A program made the translations under genes and the position numbers. From an uncultured virus (IMG/VR IMGVR_UViG_3300033075_001711) (Duplodnaviria; Heunggongvirae; Uroviricota; Caudoviricetes): a stretch of 64,000 bases of DNA. Positions 17,449 through 29,309 of the stretch are shown in pieces. The DNA lies in IMG/VR virus record IMGVR_UViG_3300033075_001711; one strand, written 5' to 3'. Below the pieces are notes generated by a model. That model saw only the letters and a list, made by a program, of their open reading frames with translations, made no database searches and was not told where the DNA came from. Numbering within the stretch: the stretch's first letter is position 1; every line of letters begins with the position of its first letter.

Positions 17449-18297
17449 CTATTTTAACATTTTATATTTCTTTTTATTATTTGATAATATAGCCTTGACT
17501 GTTTGAGGGTGGGCACACAGTAAGCCTAATAGTGTCAGCGGCACTAAATTATTTATAGGTTTTGGGGCTTCTAGGGCATCTTTTAAAGGGGAGTCTGGGA
17601 CATAATCTACGTGTACAAATTCCTCATTAGAAGATTCAATTTTGGGATCTGTTTGAGCCGGGCTCCAGTTATAAATCTCTTTATAAAATTGTTTTATACT
17701 CTCTTCATATTCAGGAGTCTCAAAATATGTTATATCTTCTAAAGAGTCAGAATTCCATTTATCTATACCTTTTAAACTATCTATAAAAAATTCAGGATCT
17801 AATATATAATCCTCTTTTTGTAAATATGTGTAATCTTCTATTTTTCTAATAACTTTAAAACAATTAATTGCCATACATTTAAATGGTGCTTTATTTTCTT
17901 TTTTATATCCTATAATAGCAGCATATGTGGGAGATACTCTAACACCTAAATAAGAAACATTTGTTTTTTCATATCTATGATGACATTCAAATATTTTAAA
18001 ATTTTTCGGGCCTGTTAAAAAATTATACTTTATCTCTAAATAGTCTCTTATATCTTGTGTATCATATTTAGGATATATCATTTTTAATATATGTTTTATA
18101 TCTTCTAATTTATAAAATTTATATCCTGTTATATTCCCATCAAAATGTTGTGTGTTTTTATAAAAAGTATATTTATAATAATTAGTTTTTTCTCCTATAT
18201 CATAGTTTGCTAAAATTAATTGTTTTTCTTTATCTAATGCTATCGCAATTGATTTAGAACCTTGTTCCTCTACAATTACTAGTCTAGGATATTTCAT
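17449..18297 (-). CDS. hypothetical protein, YKMLK-tail family
   Basis: C-terminal LTLLGLLCA...KKKYKMLK*. Confidence 0.85.
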   Translation of the reverse strand: MKYPRLVIVEEQGSKSIAIALDKEKQLILANYDIGEKTNYYKYTFYKNTQHFDGNITGYKFYKLEDIKHILKMIYPKYDTQDIRDYLEIKYNFLTGPKNFKIFECHHRYEKTNVSYLGVRVSPTYAAIIGYKKENKAPFKCMAINCFKVIRKIEDYTYLQKEDYILDPEFFIDSLKGIDKWNSDSLEDITYFETPEYEESIKQFYKEIYNWSPAQTDPKIESSNEEFVHVDYVPDSPLKDALEAPKPINNLVPLTLLGLLCAHPQTVKAILSNNKKKYKMLK

Positions 18298-18308
18298 AAT
18301 CTTCCTTT

Positions 18309-19184
18309 TTATTTTAACATCTTATATTTTTTTGTTTCAGAAGATATTTGTTTATTAGCTTTAATTATACATGTTCCTAATAAACCATATAATAACATAT
18401 CTAAATTAGTTTTATTTTCTATTTGCTCTGGTTCTATTAATACAGTAGAAATGTTATTAGGTGGGACATATTCTTTAATTGGTCCGCTATTCATACCTGT
18501 TATAGTTAGAATTTTGTTTTCAACAAATTTTAATATTTTTGTTCTTGCAGTTTCTAAATCACCTAAATATTTAGGCACTATTCTTAAATATTGTTCATAT
18601 AATGTTTTTATATTTTCTTCTGAAGTTTTAAAAACCCATTCTGTTTTATCTAATTTTTCATCATATATAATTACGTTACTTAGACCACTATATAAAGTTT
18701 CTGTGTGGTTACAATCTCTCATCCATTTATCATTAAAATTATTATCATATGCAATTAACATTGCTTTGTTGTTTCTAAAATCAATTGCTAGATATTTTAT
18801 GTTATCATATGTTAAAGTAACTAATTTAAATTGCCCATGTAAATTATCATGTATAGCCTCAATTTCAGATATAAATTTTTCTTTGTCTGTATCAGGATTT
18901 AAAATATTTCTGGATTTATGTTCTAAAGATTCAATAATACTTTTTAAACTTTCTTTAGATCTCCAATTATAATTTTCTACATCCCCTTTAAAAGGTTCTA
19001 TAGTATACATACCATTATGTGTTATATCGGAATACCACCAACTCTTTTTTTCTATATCCCCAGAGTTATTAGGACAAGCCAATATTAGTCCTGTATTTTC
19101 TTTAGGTGTTTTTATTGCAATGTGTGTTGAACCATCCCATTTAGATGTTATTTTAACAATCTCATATTCCATTTTATTTCCCAC
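18309..19184 (-). CDS. hypothetical protein, YKMLK-tail family
   Basis: C-terminal MLLYGLLGTCIIKANK...KKYKMLK*. Confidence 0.85.
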   Translation of the reverse strand: MGNKMEYEIVKITSKWDGSTHIAIKTPKENTGLILACPNNSGDIEKKSWWYSDITHNGMYTIEPFKGDVENYNWRSKESLKSIIESLEHKSRNILNPDTDKEKFISEIEAIHDNLHGQFKLVTLTYDNIKYLAIDFRNNKAMLIAYDNNFNDKWMRDCNHTETLYSGLSNVIIYDEKLDKTEWVFKTSEENIKTLYEQYLRIVPKYLGDLETARTKILKFVENKILTITGMNSGPIKEYVPPNNISTVLIEPEQIENKTNLDMLLYGLLGTCIIKANKQISSETKKYKMLK

Positions 19185-19911
19185 CTTTTAACATTTTATA
19201 TTCTTTTATCCCAGCTAATTTATTTGCTTTTGTTCTTACTAAACACGCCCCTACTAATCCCATTAATAAATAATCTGATACAGGTTTATTTGATTTAATC
19301 TCAAGAGCTGGATTAATATAGTTTTTAATAGTCTCTAAAATCTTCTCTCTGTCTTGTTTAGATTGTTTTAATTTTTCAGCTAATGTATAGTATAAATCTT
19401 CTGTACTATATAACTCCCAATTTTCAAAATCATTTTTAAATTCTAAAATTTTCCAATGTTTTAACTCATACTCTCTATTTTTAGAGTGCGTTACACTAGT
19501 AGTTGTGTTTTTCTCCCAACCTAATACTAAAGCTTTTTCATCATCTATTACATAATATAATAGTTTTGGACTGTATTCAAGAACATATATTTTGTTATGT
19601 GCTAATTTCATTTGTTTATTCTCCACACATATTGTTTTGTTATAGAACTCTTCAAATTTGTTTATATCTATTTCTACTTGTCTATATGTTTGGAATCCTT
19701 TTATATTTTTTAGAACTTCTGAATAATCTTTAAAATCCCAATTCTCAGGATCATTTTTATATTCAGAATATTTCCATAAACTACTGTACCCTCCAGTAAA
19801 TGCCCCTCCTAATTTTTTCCCTTTCTCAGCTATTACAGGCCCCGCATTATCCCCACAATTTAAAAATATAAATTGTGTGTCTTTATCTCCAGCTACTTTT
19901 AATTTAAACAT
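19174..19911 (-). CDS. hypothetical protein, YKMLK-tail family
   Basis: C-terminal YLLMGLVGACLVRTKANK...KEYKMLKGGK*. Confidence 0.85.
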   Translation of the reverse strand: MFKLKVAGDKDTQFIFLNCGDNAGPVIAEKGKKLGGAFTGGYSSLWKYSEYKNDPENWDFKDYSEVLKNIKGFQTYRQVEIDINKFEEFYNKTICVENKQMKLAHNKIYVLEYSPKLLYYVIDDEKALVLGWEKNTTTSVTHSKNREYELKHWKILEFKNDFENWELYSTEDLYYTLAEKLKQSKQDREKILETIKNYINPALEIKSNKPVSDYLLMGLVGACLVRTKANKLAGIKEYKMLKGGK

Positions 19912-19986
19912 AACACAAAGTCTCCTAAATTCAAAAAGGAAGTATAGAGTATATACTTCCTTTTTAATTGTAGTTATATATTTCTG

Positions 19987-20367
19987 TTATTCAGAATTTT
20001 CTGTTTCTAACTCAGGTTCATTTGTAAAACTTAAATCTAAATCCTGAGAATATATTTCTGGTTCAACATCAATTTCATTTTCCACAGTTTCTGTAATCAC
20101 TGTTAAGACTGGTGCTGAAACTAATTTAAACCCAAGCTTCTCTAATGATGTAACACTCATCCCAGATTGTATCTTTGTCATCTGTTTATTTAAATATGCC
20201 TTATCACTTTCCATACTCATTTCCACTTTACCTGTAGTTTCCCTTATCTCTATCCAATGCCTTTTGTTCTGTTCCATGAACTTAACTGAGGCATTAAATG
20301 TTCCATGATCTTTATTGTGAAAATTATATTTTTTGTGACTTAATATTCGTGCCATTCTCATTAACAA
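19987..20367 (-). CDS. hypothetical protein
   Basis: ORF followed by terminator 19934-19964. Confidence 0.7.
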   Translation of the reverse strand: MLMRMARILSHKKYNFHNKDHGTFNASVKFMEQNKRHWIEIRETTGKVEMSMESDKAYLNKQMTKIQSGMSVTSLEKLGFKLVSAPVLTVITETVENEIDVEPEIYSQDLDLSFTNEPELETENSE

Positions 20368-20705
20368 TATCCCCTATCTAATTTAAATCTGTACGCTAAT
20401 TCTTTCTCTACATTATTATACATTTTTGGCCCACTCATTTCAAAATACCCACCATTACCATTAAACACTGTATGCTTCTTAAATAAATATGGTTTCTCTT
20501 TATATAACATCTCTAATCTTTTCTCACTTAACTCATGTGGATATTTTATTAACCCACCATAAAGTTTATCTCCAGTATCTATTTGAGATATTACTTTAGG
20601 ATCATTGTTTACGGTAGACTCCACAAAAGGAAATATTTCTTCTGTAGGTTTGTTTGGTGTTATCATAATATTCTTAAACCAGCTAAACCAATTTCGCATC
20701 CCCAT
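20361..20705 (-). CDS. hypothetical protein
   Basis: AGGAGG RBS. Confidence 0.7.
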   Translation of the reverse strand: MGMRNWFSWFKNIMITPNKPTEEIFPFVESTVNNDPKVISQIDTGDKLYGGLIKYPHELSEKRLEMLYKEKPYLFKKHTVFNGNGGYFEMSGPKMYNNVEKELAYRFKLDRGYC

Positions 20706-20720
20706 ATATTAAACACCTCC

Positions 20721-22028
20721 TTAACACTTAACCTCTATTTCTTTAATAGGTTGTGTAGGTTGCTTTAATAACTTTTTAGCTTTGTTGGATTTTAATATTA
20801 ATAAACTTCCTAGAAATAACAAAGCATTATCAAACATGTTTGTTTCAGGTAATGTTCCGTCTATTAATTCCGCAACTACTATTGAAGCAGATTCTACATT
20901 TTTACATACTTCTGTGGTTGATATTGTAACAGGAGATTCTTTTTTAGTTTCTACCTGAATCTCTTTTTCTTTTTGAATTTGAGGAAATTCTTTTTTTACA
21001 TACTCAGGTAATATTTCCCAATTTAATCTTGCATATGTCTCTGTTATTAATGTTCTTGTAACATCTAAAGTAAAATCATCTATTGTTCTATTATCTATTT
21101 GTCCCGTCTTTAGTGTTTTTACTTTAAAGTAATTTTTATTTAAGTTGGCTTCTAATGTTTTCATATATACCCCGTTTCCAAGATATATATTCCCCACCTC
21201 TAAATACTCTAATAATTTTTTCTGTTTCTCATATTTAGGATGCCCATAAAATTTCCAATCTTGCTTTACTAATAACTCTGGCCCAAGTTCCCGCGTAAAT
21301 ATAAATCCACTCATAACATAATGTGTTTCTTTTATGTCTGATGGAATTCTTGTTGACATTATGTATTCAACATCAGCTATGTCATCGACAACATTATATC
21401 TGTTAAATTTAACTATGTCAACAACTCCTGAATTTACAATTTCTAATATATTCCCAGCAACTACTGTAGTTGTCCCTAATTTATATTTAGATACCCACTC
21501 TATTCCTAACTCCACTAATATCTCTTTTTTATAATTCTCATACTTCTCTTCTAATAATATTTTTTGTTTTATTTCTTCTTTAGTTATTGGCTTACAAAAT
21601 TTGATTATATTTGAGATAGGGTAATAAAAAAAATTTGCTATATTTTTAATATATGTTTTATGGCAATAATCTGAACTGCTCCATTGTGGAGTAAATATTT
21701 GCCCGTTCTCATCTATGAAATATTTATTCTGAGCAATAAAATCTTTTACTGCTTGATTAACATATGTCCTCAATTTTTTAGATGTTTTACTCCAGTAGTT
21801 AGTTTTATATTTTTCTAAACTAAACTCTGATATTTTATAATCCAATTCTAGTGCTGCTTTAGTTTCGTGCTTTAAATTTATTAGGTTACAACCATAATAA
21901 GAACTGGATGCAGCTACTACATATGTAACATTACTTTCATTACTATCTCGTATTTCTATTATTCTTCTATCTCCAGAAGTATGTTTATTTTCTAGAAATA
22001 AAAAATTCCCTATTTTAAATTCAACCAT
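20721..22028 (-). CDS. hypothetical protein with related hydrophobic-basic C-terminal tail
   Basis: 435 aa; ends NALLFLGSLLILKSNKAKK...IKEIEVKC. Confidence 0.85.
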   Translation of the reverse strand: MVEFKIGNFLFLENKHTSGDRRIIEIRDSNESNVTYVVAASSSYYGCNLINLKHETKAALELDYKISEFSLEKYKTNYWSKTSKKLRTYVNQAVKDFIAQNKYFIDENGQIFTPQWSSSDYCHKTYIKNIANFFYYPISNIIKFCKPITKEEIKQKILLEEKYENYKKEILVELGIEWVSKYKLGTTTVVAGNILEIVNSGVVDIVKFNRYNVVDDIADVEYIMSTRIPSDIKETHYVMSGFIFTRELGPELLVKQDWKFYGHPKYEKQKKLLEYLEVGNIYLGNGVYMKTLEANLNKNYFKVKTLKTGQIDNRTIDDFTLDVTRTLITETYARLNWEILPEYVKKEFPQIQKEKEIQVETKKESPVTISTTEVCKNVESASIVVAELIDGTLPETNMFDNALLFLGSLLILKSNKAKKLLKQPTQPIKEIEVKC

Positions 22029-22123
22029 ATCTCGGATCCCTATAACACAAAATACCTTTAAGCCTCATTGTATATACACTCCTCGGTTATTCTCGTTTTC
22101 TTAATTTTAAGATCTCTAAAATT

Positions 22124-22807
22124 TCAGAAAACCAATCCTAAGATTTTTTCTAGTCCTGTTGTTATTACCCAACTTCCTATTCTCTCTCCTATTGTGATCA
22201 ACACAATAAATCCAATCCAGCGGTAATTATCCCACATTGCAGATGATTTCGCTAACATGTTTTTTGTGAGATCCAATTCACCTCTCATTGTCATTAACAT
22301 GTTTTTAGCTTTTTCTAAATCATTAAAATACTTCTCAGCATTTCTAATCATCTCTAATTTGTTATTTATATCTTTCTCTTCTGTCCCATAAAACTTCTTA
22401 GGGATAATTAGCCTGTCTAGGTCCAAAATCTCTTCCCTGGAAAAGCCTTTCGGCGGTTTCCAATTGGAATTTTGATTAGGTTTTACTAATGCTAGTATCG
22501 GATTATATACACACAGAATTCTGTCCAAATCTTCTTTACTATTTATCAGGTGTGGCACTGATTCTTTAAAATCCCAATTCATGACATGATATTTGTCTTG
22601 GACATATTTCGGGTCAAGTCTATATCCTTCTTCTAATCTGTTTTTGAAATAATCAATCAAATCCTTTGTTTTGAATTTTAAAAGTGCCTCATATTTGTAG
22701 CCAATTAAATTGCCCTTTAATGGCCTGAAACATGTGACGGTATCATATTCCTTACTGATTTTGGCCTTATGTAATAGCTGATCCTCATATGTATTTGTAG
22801 TTTCCAT
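22124..22807 (-). CDS. hypothetical protein, coiled coil + C-terminal membrane segment
   Basis: GGAG RBS; WIGFIVLITIG hydrophobic stretch. Confidence 0.8.
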   Translation of the reverse strand: METTNTYEDQLLHKAKISKEYDTVTCFRPLKGNLIGYKYEALLKFKTKDLIDYFKNRLEEGYRLDPKYVQDKYHVMNWDFKESVPHLINSKEDLDRILCVYNPILALVKPNQNSNWKPPKGFSREEILDLDRLIIPKKFYGTEEKDINNKLEMIRNAEKYFNDLEKAKNMLMTMRGELDLTKNMLAKSSAMWDNYRWIGFIVLITIGERIGSWVITTGLEKILGLVF

Positions 22808-22900
22808 ATATTTACTCCATATAAATAAGGGGTTAAATACCCATATTATGACCCTTATATTTAGGGGTTAAAAAGGGGTTTTAAAGGGGTTGTTGTAATA

Positions 22901-22970
22901 CCCGTGGTTAACCACGGATGTGGGTCCAGGCCCCCTTTTTGTTAAGGGGAGGTTCCTGGTAAACCCTTTT
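22901..22970. repeat. module-boundary element 1 (left edge, core plus inverted half-site)
   Basis: CCGTGG-TTAA-CCACGGATGTGG (core 22912-22923). Confidence 0.75.
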
Positions 22971-25593
22971 TTATTCTCTCAGAACCTGTCCTATACAAAG
23001 CCCTCTCAAAATTCCTGAGAGATAGTCTGACATACTTTGTTGAGTCCTCCACTGGGTTTGTTTTGTTTCGGCGGTTTCAACATCGCCCGTTTTAAAGTAG
23101 ACCCTGATAAGCCTATATTTTTGCTGTTGTTCTTCTACTCCAAAAACATAAGGGGCTCCCAAATCAGAAAGATAGGCATTGATTTGATTTATAATGGAAT
23201 CCATTAATATTCTCCGTCATTTTCGTGACTATAATGATATCCAGGCATCAAAGTAAAACCCGCTAAATTTTCTTCTGGATTGTAGTTGAATTGAAGCGGA
23301 ACCCTATTTTCTTGATCATCAATAATTTCTGCTTCTTGTTCAAGGTGTTCGGGGCTCATTTCATATAACATAGACAGAATTTCACCATAAGTCATGTTTT
23401 CAATCTCCATCTGAATTTGTTGGGTTCATTCCCAACAAGATCTTTATAGTATCAAAACAGCTTTTTGTCAATAGGTTTTAGATCATGACTTTCAAAATTT
23501 CTTTGTCATGTGCTACTAATTGTCCAAAACTTCCACATTGGATAGGGTAAGAGTGCGCTACACCATACCCTGAAAAATCTGAGGTATTGTTTGTTTTGAT
23601 AAACAGCCAATTAGGATTTTGAGCCGTTGGAATAGTGAATTTAGAGTCCAGAGACAAATCTTTGAATTTCATTTTACATCCTCTTTACATAAACAGTTAA
23701 AAATTTCTGTAGTTTCTTTACGTTTGTGTTATGCATTTTTACTTTACAAATGGAACCATTATCTAACATGCTAACTACTTTTCCAGTAGTGGCCCCTCGC
23801 ATCCACAAATCATAATGTGGAGATATTTCTATATCAATTCCAGGTTCAATTCCAACACCATATTCATTAGACATTATTCCCCCTTAATCTTCCTCTTCAT
23901 TTTCCACAAATCTAATTTCCCAACGTCCGTTTTTTTCTGTGATTCTAGGATATAGATTTGGATTAGTATAAAGAACCCCTCGGGAGAAAGCAAAAGCTTC
24001 GGATTGTGAATCTGCATAGTGGATAGCTTTAGGTGGGGTATTATTTGAAATAATTTTAAATGTTTGTGTTCTTACTTCATAAGAAGGCTGTGTTGCATAT
24101 TTATGGACATTCAAAGCTTTTTCTTCTGCTTCTTCTTGTGAAGATGTTATAACATTATAAGTTTTTTCTGTGATTGTAGTAGTTTGGATTGTTACAGAAT
24201 AAAACATATCACTCATTTTATTCCCCATTTATTTTTTCTTTTGTTCCAAACAAGATTTAATTTTGTATATTTTTCATGTTCTGTATCCGCGTTTTCTTTT
24301 GTTTCAGATAAACTATTAAAAGTTTCTCCTGCTATTTCAGAGCTATAATAATATAAAACATATCTCCAATTTTTAGAAACAGGAAATACACTAGCTTCGA
24401 ATTCATCCCCATAGTTTTTAGTGTATTGATTATATTTAGGATCAAATTCCCAACACATTAGTTTGTCCTGTAGATATAGTATTTTGACTTATGATCATAA
24501 TTCTCGTGTCCGTCATATCCGCTAAGGAAATGCCCTCTACCATCAGATCTGATAGCATCAGCAACAAACTTGTTCTTTTTATTCCCCAGCAAAGTTAGAA
24601 AAGCATTGTTTGATGATTCACATTTTGTTTGAATGACTTCAATGTCCTCAATTTCAAGAGGAATGTATCTAGCAAGAAAGGAGGCTTTAAAAGCCCAAAT
24701 CATATCAAGAATATATTCTTTGGTTCGCAAATTCGCTTGTCTATCTGTAAGAACAAGATAGGTTTGATTCTCATAGTTAAATTCTTGATCACAATATTTT
24801 GATTTAGAAATTTCATTTTGCTTTACACTCAGGAATTTTGCAAGAGCAGTCTTTCGTCTCATTTTATTTTCCTTTATTATTCGTGGAAATTTTCGCAATC
24901 CGCAAATAAGCAAACCCATTTTTGATTTTGAGTGTCATTATCTAGTAAATCCATTTGTCCTCTACATTTATCACAAATTGGTGGCTCATGCAAATCAGGC
25001 AAATGATCATGAAGACAATCCAAACACATTCCATGATCTTTAATGGTAGGATCATCTTTGCATGTAGCATTACATTCGGGGCAATTTTCAATTCCTGAAT
25101 TGTCGTCATATTCCAGAGTTTCATCATACCTGAACACATTCTTTTTTTCTGCTTCATCCAAAACATAGTCCAGAAAATTGACAATGCCATCAATTGAAGG
25201 GTTTCTGAGTTTTGCATTCAAATTAATGAGCGAAAGTTTCTGATTTTGGAGCATATTAAAATCAATCTCTGAACAATCAAGAAGCATTTTGTTTCAACTC
25301 CCATGATCTAGTTATAAGACTTCTTTTTTGGTTTGTCAATCCTTTAGTTGAGGATAATGTTTGGGAGAAGAGGAAACAAACTCGAATCCTTTTCCATTTA
25401 TTTCAATACAATATCCGGCAACGTGATCATTCTCAATCCAAAGTTCAAGTTTATTTAATTCTTTATCTTTTAAAATAGCTTCTCTTGATCCTGGTTTTCC
25501 TGTAAGTTTTACAAGTTCATAATCGCTATCATTTAACATTTCTCTTGTTTGAGATCCTTGCATCATCCTTGATCCTCTTTGTCTGGACACCAA
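22971..25593 (-). other. run of small hypothetical genes (22971-23204, 23204-23410, 23478-23672, 23674-23874, 23884-24228, 24213-24458, 24458-24862, 24877-25287, 25336-25593)
   Basis: abutting co-directional ORFs with RBSs; internal TTGACA promoters near 23470 and 25335. Confidence 0.7.
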
Positions 25594-25744
25594 AAATTAT
25601 GTTGAAAATTTTCGGATTCTGGAATGAATCCATTATCCATTTGAGCATGAATAGAACAAGGCCAGCAAATTTCACATCTTTTGATTTTCCCTTTTGTGGG
25701 CTGGATCACGATTTGAATCATTTCCACCTCGCTTTCATACTAGA

Positions 25745-25836
25745 TCTATAAGACTAATTTTTTCTGAAAGCAAGACCTTGTGAAAAAAATTTAAGGTGTA
25801 GAGATTCTTGACAAGAAGTTTTTTTGATACTATAGA
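25745..25836. promoter_or_regulatory. divergent early promoter pair
   Basis: plus strand TTGACA(25808)-N17-TATAGA-TC; minus strand TTGCTT-N17-TATAGA-TC (25745-25773). Confidence 0.8.
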
Positions 25837-25860
25837 TCTTGTGAAAGGTGCGGGTTGAAA

Positions 25861-26106
25861 ATGTTGAAGTATGATCCTCGAAGAGTCATTGAAGATGTTG
25901 TGATTGTCTATAATTCTGATTTAATTCTTAATGGTTTCCAACTTCCTAGAGGTGAAGTTTTTGAAAGAAGGAAATTTTCTGTTGTAACTACTGCAGATAA
26001 TAGGAAACATCTTGTTCTATCTTCTGATGTTGAAAAGGCAAGAGCGGCTAATCCAAGGTATGTTGATTTAATTCACATGAAAATTTTCAGGAGTTTAGGT
26101 GTTTAA
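25861..26106 (+). CDS. hypothetical protein
   Basis: first ORF after the plus-strand promoter. Confidence 0.65.
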   Translation: MLKYDPRRVIEDVVIVYNSDLILNGFQLPRGEVFERRKFSVVTTADNRKHLVLSSDVEKARAANPRYVDLIHMKIFRSLGV

Positions 26107-26481
26107 ATGAAAAAAAATACAACTCAATGGGCCTGGGAACGTTTTCTACATGATAAATTTGTTGAGACTGTAGATCAATGGTATCCTAATTTTAATAAAG
26201 AAGGAGAAACCCCATATAATCAAAACCCAAAAGGATTAAAAGATTTTGATGAGAAGGAGTTTAAATATTGTCAAGTGATTTTTGGAAATCAACCTCCTTC
26301 ATATATTATGGGGATGGGCTATCCGTTTGAAATGTACACAATAACAGTTACAGGTGGAGATGATACCGGATGTTCTTTAAGAAGTCCAGATTATCTTTTT
26401 ATGGTGGATCTTTACAATAACAAATTGAAAGGGGTTATCACTATACCTCAACTATATGCTTTAGGTTTTGATTTTTATTAA
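26107..26481 (+). CDS. hypothetical protein
   Basis: abuts the upstream ORF. Confidence 0.7.
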   Translation: MKKNTTQWAWERFLHDKFVETVDQWYPNFNKEGETPYNQNPKGLKDFDEKEFKYCQVIFGNQPPSYIMGMGYPFEMYTITVTGGDDTGCSLRSPDYLFMVDLYNNKLKGVITIPQLYALGFDFY

Positions 26482-26494
26482 AGGAGTAAAAGAT

Positions 26495-26665
26495 ATGGAA
26501 CAATGTAATTTATGTTCAGGAAGGGGTATCAAATTTTCTCCCACAAAAGGAACTTGGGCTAGACCTCCTGGTCTTAAATCAGGAACTTGTACCCGTTGCG
26601 GGGGAAACGGTCAAGTTGAGGTGGGAAGTAGAAATCCCCCCTATAAAGAAAAGGGGTCAAAATAA
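26495..26665 (+). CDS. small CxxCxGxG zinc-finger protein
   Basis: AAGGAG RBS; CNLCSGRG and CTRCGGNG. Confidence 0.7.
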   Translation: MEQCNLCSGRGIKFSPTKGTWARPPGLKSGTCTRCGGNGQVEVGSRNPPYKEKGSK

Positions 26666-26678
26666 ACCCTATAGGACC

Positions 26679-26785
26679 CCTTGACAAGCGGGCCGAAAGG
26701 CCCATGTCCGTGGGCAAAGCATATATTACATATCTGTATTGTCTGATATACCCCTAAAAGAAAGGGGTCATTTAGACCCCTTTTC
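26679..26785. repeat. module-boundary element 2
   Basis: TTGACA(26681), GC hairpin, core CCATGTCCGTGG 26702-26713, AT spacer, AAGGGGT/ACCCCTT terminator. Confidence 0.9.
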
Positions 26786-28901
26786 CTCCAACATTGTAAC
26801 GGGTTTAACATCTGGGTTGTTGACAATTTCGGAAAGGGTATAATATGCCCCCTCATAGACTGCTACAATATTTTCAAAAGTTTTTTTGATTTGTTTCAGG
26901 GTAGTGTCTTTAACAGAAAGACTATAGGTGTCATTGGTAGAATTGTAAGTAAGAATGGTGTAGAATCTGGGATAATAATTGGTTTCCAAAACTCGGAGAG
27001 CTATTCCAGATATTATTTCAGCAGGATCGTCAATAATTTCTTTCAACCCAGATTTAGGATATTCCACAAGTAATGGAAAATATGAATCCAATTTTTCTTC
27101 CTTGGTTTGAACCTTAACAGGTTCGGGGTTAGTAGTTTGAGAGTTATTATAGTAACCTTTTGATGGAATTCCACCTATCATTTTAAACCTCCTCTAAATG
27201 TTTTTCTAAAATTGATTTTGTTTGATCAATAGTGTAGAGAGAATCTCTGATAGTTATAGATTTGTCATTTTCTAAAACAAACTCCATTAAATCTTTGAAC
27301 TCTCTTGATCCGTTGAATACATCTGTGAATAAGAAATCCAACATCTCCAAATCATCATCAGGAAGTTTTTCAACAATCATGGTAACTGTTTCATGATCAT
27401 CATAAACTCTAACATCAAACATTTCAACAGGAGCACAAAATTCTGTATCAATATAAATTCTATTAGACATTTTATTTCAACTCCTTTTTTATTTAAATTT
27501 TTTTGAATAGTTTTCACAGTCTACAAATAAACAAATCCATTCAGGAGATAGCGCGTTTTTATCCAACAAATCCAATTGTTGATTGCATTTATTACAAACC
27601 GGCCTTTTATTTAACTCCGGAACATTATTTTGTGGGCAATTTAAACATCTCCCTTTTTTCATAAGAAGATTTTCCTCATATTTTTGATACCTTTTAGCCT
27701 GTTCATCTAGCAATTTAAATGCTTTATTTTCCTCATATTCTTGCCCTACCTCAATATCCCCCTCATTAAAATCTACATATCTCCAATCAATAATAGGACT
27801 GTTATTGTTTTGTGTTCCATTTGCAGTTAGCATTTTAGATACAAAGGTTGATATTAAATCTGCATCTGTTAGGGAATCAACTGCAAATTGAATTGTAGTG
27901 ATTTTAACTTTTCCACTAGGAGGATTTTTTGTTTCCATTAGATAAACACCAATTTTGAATTTTGGTTAAGACCTTCAGGTACTTTGATATCAACATCAGG
28001 ATTTTTTGTGAAAATATCTGAGTTTGGATCTGCTACTTTTCTATCTTCTAGCATTTTCCTTGCATTTTGGAGAGTATCGGAAACTATCAAGACTCCCCAA
28101 TTTAAACCCACATGACTCACACTAATAAAAGGGGCAAACCAAACAAACATTCTCATTTTCACCCTCACTTTCATACTAGATCTATAACACCTATTCTGAG
28201 GTTTGTCAATCTTTATTTTTGTTTTCCTCAAATTTTTCTTTTAGTTCTCTCAATTGCCTCGGAGATAGATTCAATCGTTCTGATACCCTGGTGTCATGTC
28301 CAAAAACAGACCCCCATCTATTTGTACCATGATGAAACTTGTATGGGATCTCATCCAAAATTTTGTCCACTAATTTATCTAATTCCTTTGCTCGGTTCCT
28401 TCTTTCATTGTAATCTTTTACAGGAATATCAAAATCCGCGCAAACAGGCATACACCAATCTTGATTCCGTTTGCCTATAGTAAAGAGGAGAATTCTCCAA
28501 ACATAAGCAGCTTCCCCATTTTTTGGTTTTGCGGATCTAACGTGCCCACCTCTTCCCATGATTTGATCCACAATAGTTTTTTCTTCTGGAGTAAATTGGA
28601 TTTTTTCAAGATATTCATCAATTTTAGGCATTAACATTTTTATTTACTCCCAATGACATAGAGGGAAAATAATTTGCCATTCTGAACAGTTTTGTTTGTA
28701 TGAGAGAGCAGATTTACATTGAGAGAGAAGTTCTTTATATTGATCTCTTCTTAAAGCCTCCAATTGAGTTTCAAGAATAGTGCAAAGAGCATGTTGCGAG
28801 GTTTCATCAATCACAATAATGGAGAGAACATTTTTCCCAATCACATTCTCATGGGGAACACAAAGGTATCCAGCTTGGCTCAAAATGCTCTTTAATTTCA
28901 T
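26768..28901 (-). other. run of small hypothetical genes (26768-27181, 27183-27470, 27489-27938, 27938-28156, 28206-28637, 28644-28901)
   Basis: abutting ORFs; promoters at 28181-28209 and near 28950. Confidence 0.7.
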
Positions 28902-28983
28902 TTCTCTAACCCTCTACAAAGATCAATAGTATCTAAAAGGGGTATTAGCAAGGGGTTATTTTTTTATTTTAAATGGAGGGATA

Positions 28984-29072
28984 TTGGCATAGGTTTTGCC
29001 TGAACGCCCACGGACATGGGCCTTTCGGCCCCGCTTGTCAAGAGGGCGGAAAAGGGGTATTTTAAACCCTTT
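28984..29072. repeat. module-boundary element 3
   Basis: TGGCA-N6-TTGC, core CCACGGACATGG 29008-29019, inverted TTGACA 29036-29041, terminator. Confidence 0.9.
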
Positions 29073-29309
29073 TTATTTGCCGTTTTCTACCAGCAATTTA
29101 GCTGTTTTTAACTCTAAAACAGCTTGTTCTAAAAGCACTTTTGCTTTGAGATAAGATAGCAATCCCAGGGAAGATTTCTTCCCACGAACATTTTCTAAAT
29201 TTGTGGCAGCATTGCCAACATCTCCAAAGAGCATGTCTCCAGACAAACTCTCCATCTGTTTCAGAAGGTTCGTCACTTCTGTTAGAAACTTTTGTTTTTC
29301 TTGCGCCAT
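29073..29309 (-). CDS. hypothetical protein
   Basis: GGAG RBS, own promoter at about 29334-29362. Confidence 0.7.
   Translation of the reverse strand: MAQEKQKFLTEVTNLLKQMESLSGDMLFGDVGNAATNLENVRGKKSSLGLLSYLKAKVLLEQAVLELKTAKLLVENGK

Noticed and set aside
26641..26785. Two convergent proteins both ending KGSK
   Set aside because: Explained by the AAGGGGTC terminator arm overlapping both stop codons; not a protein motif
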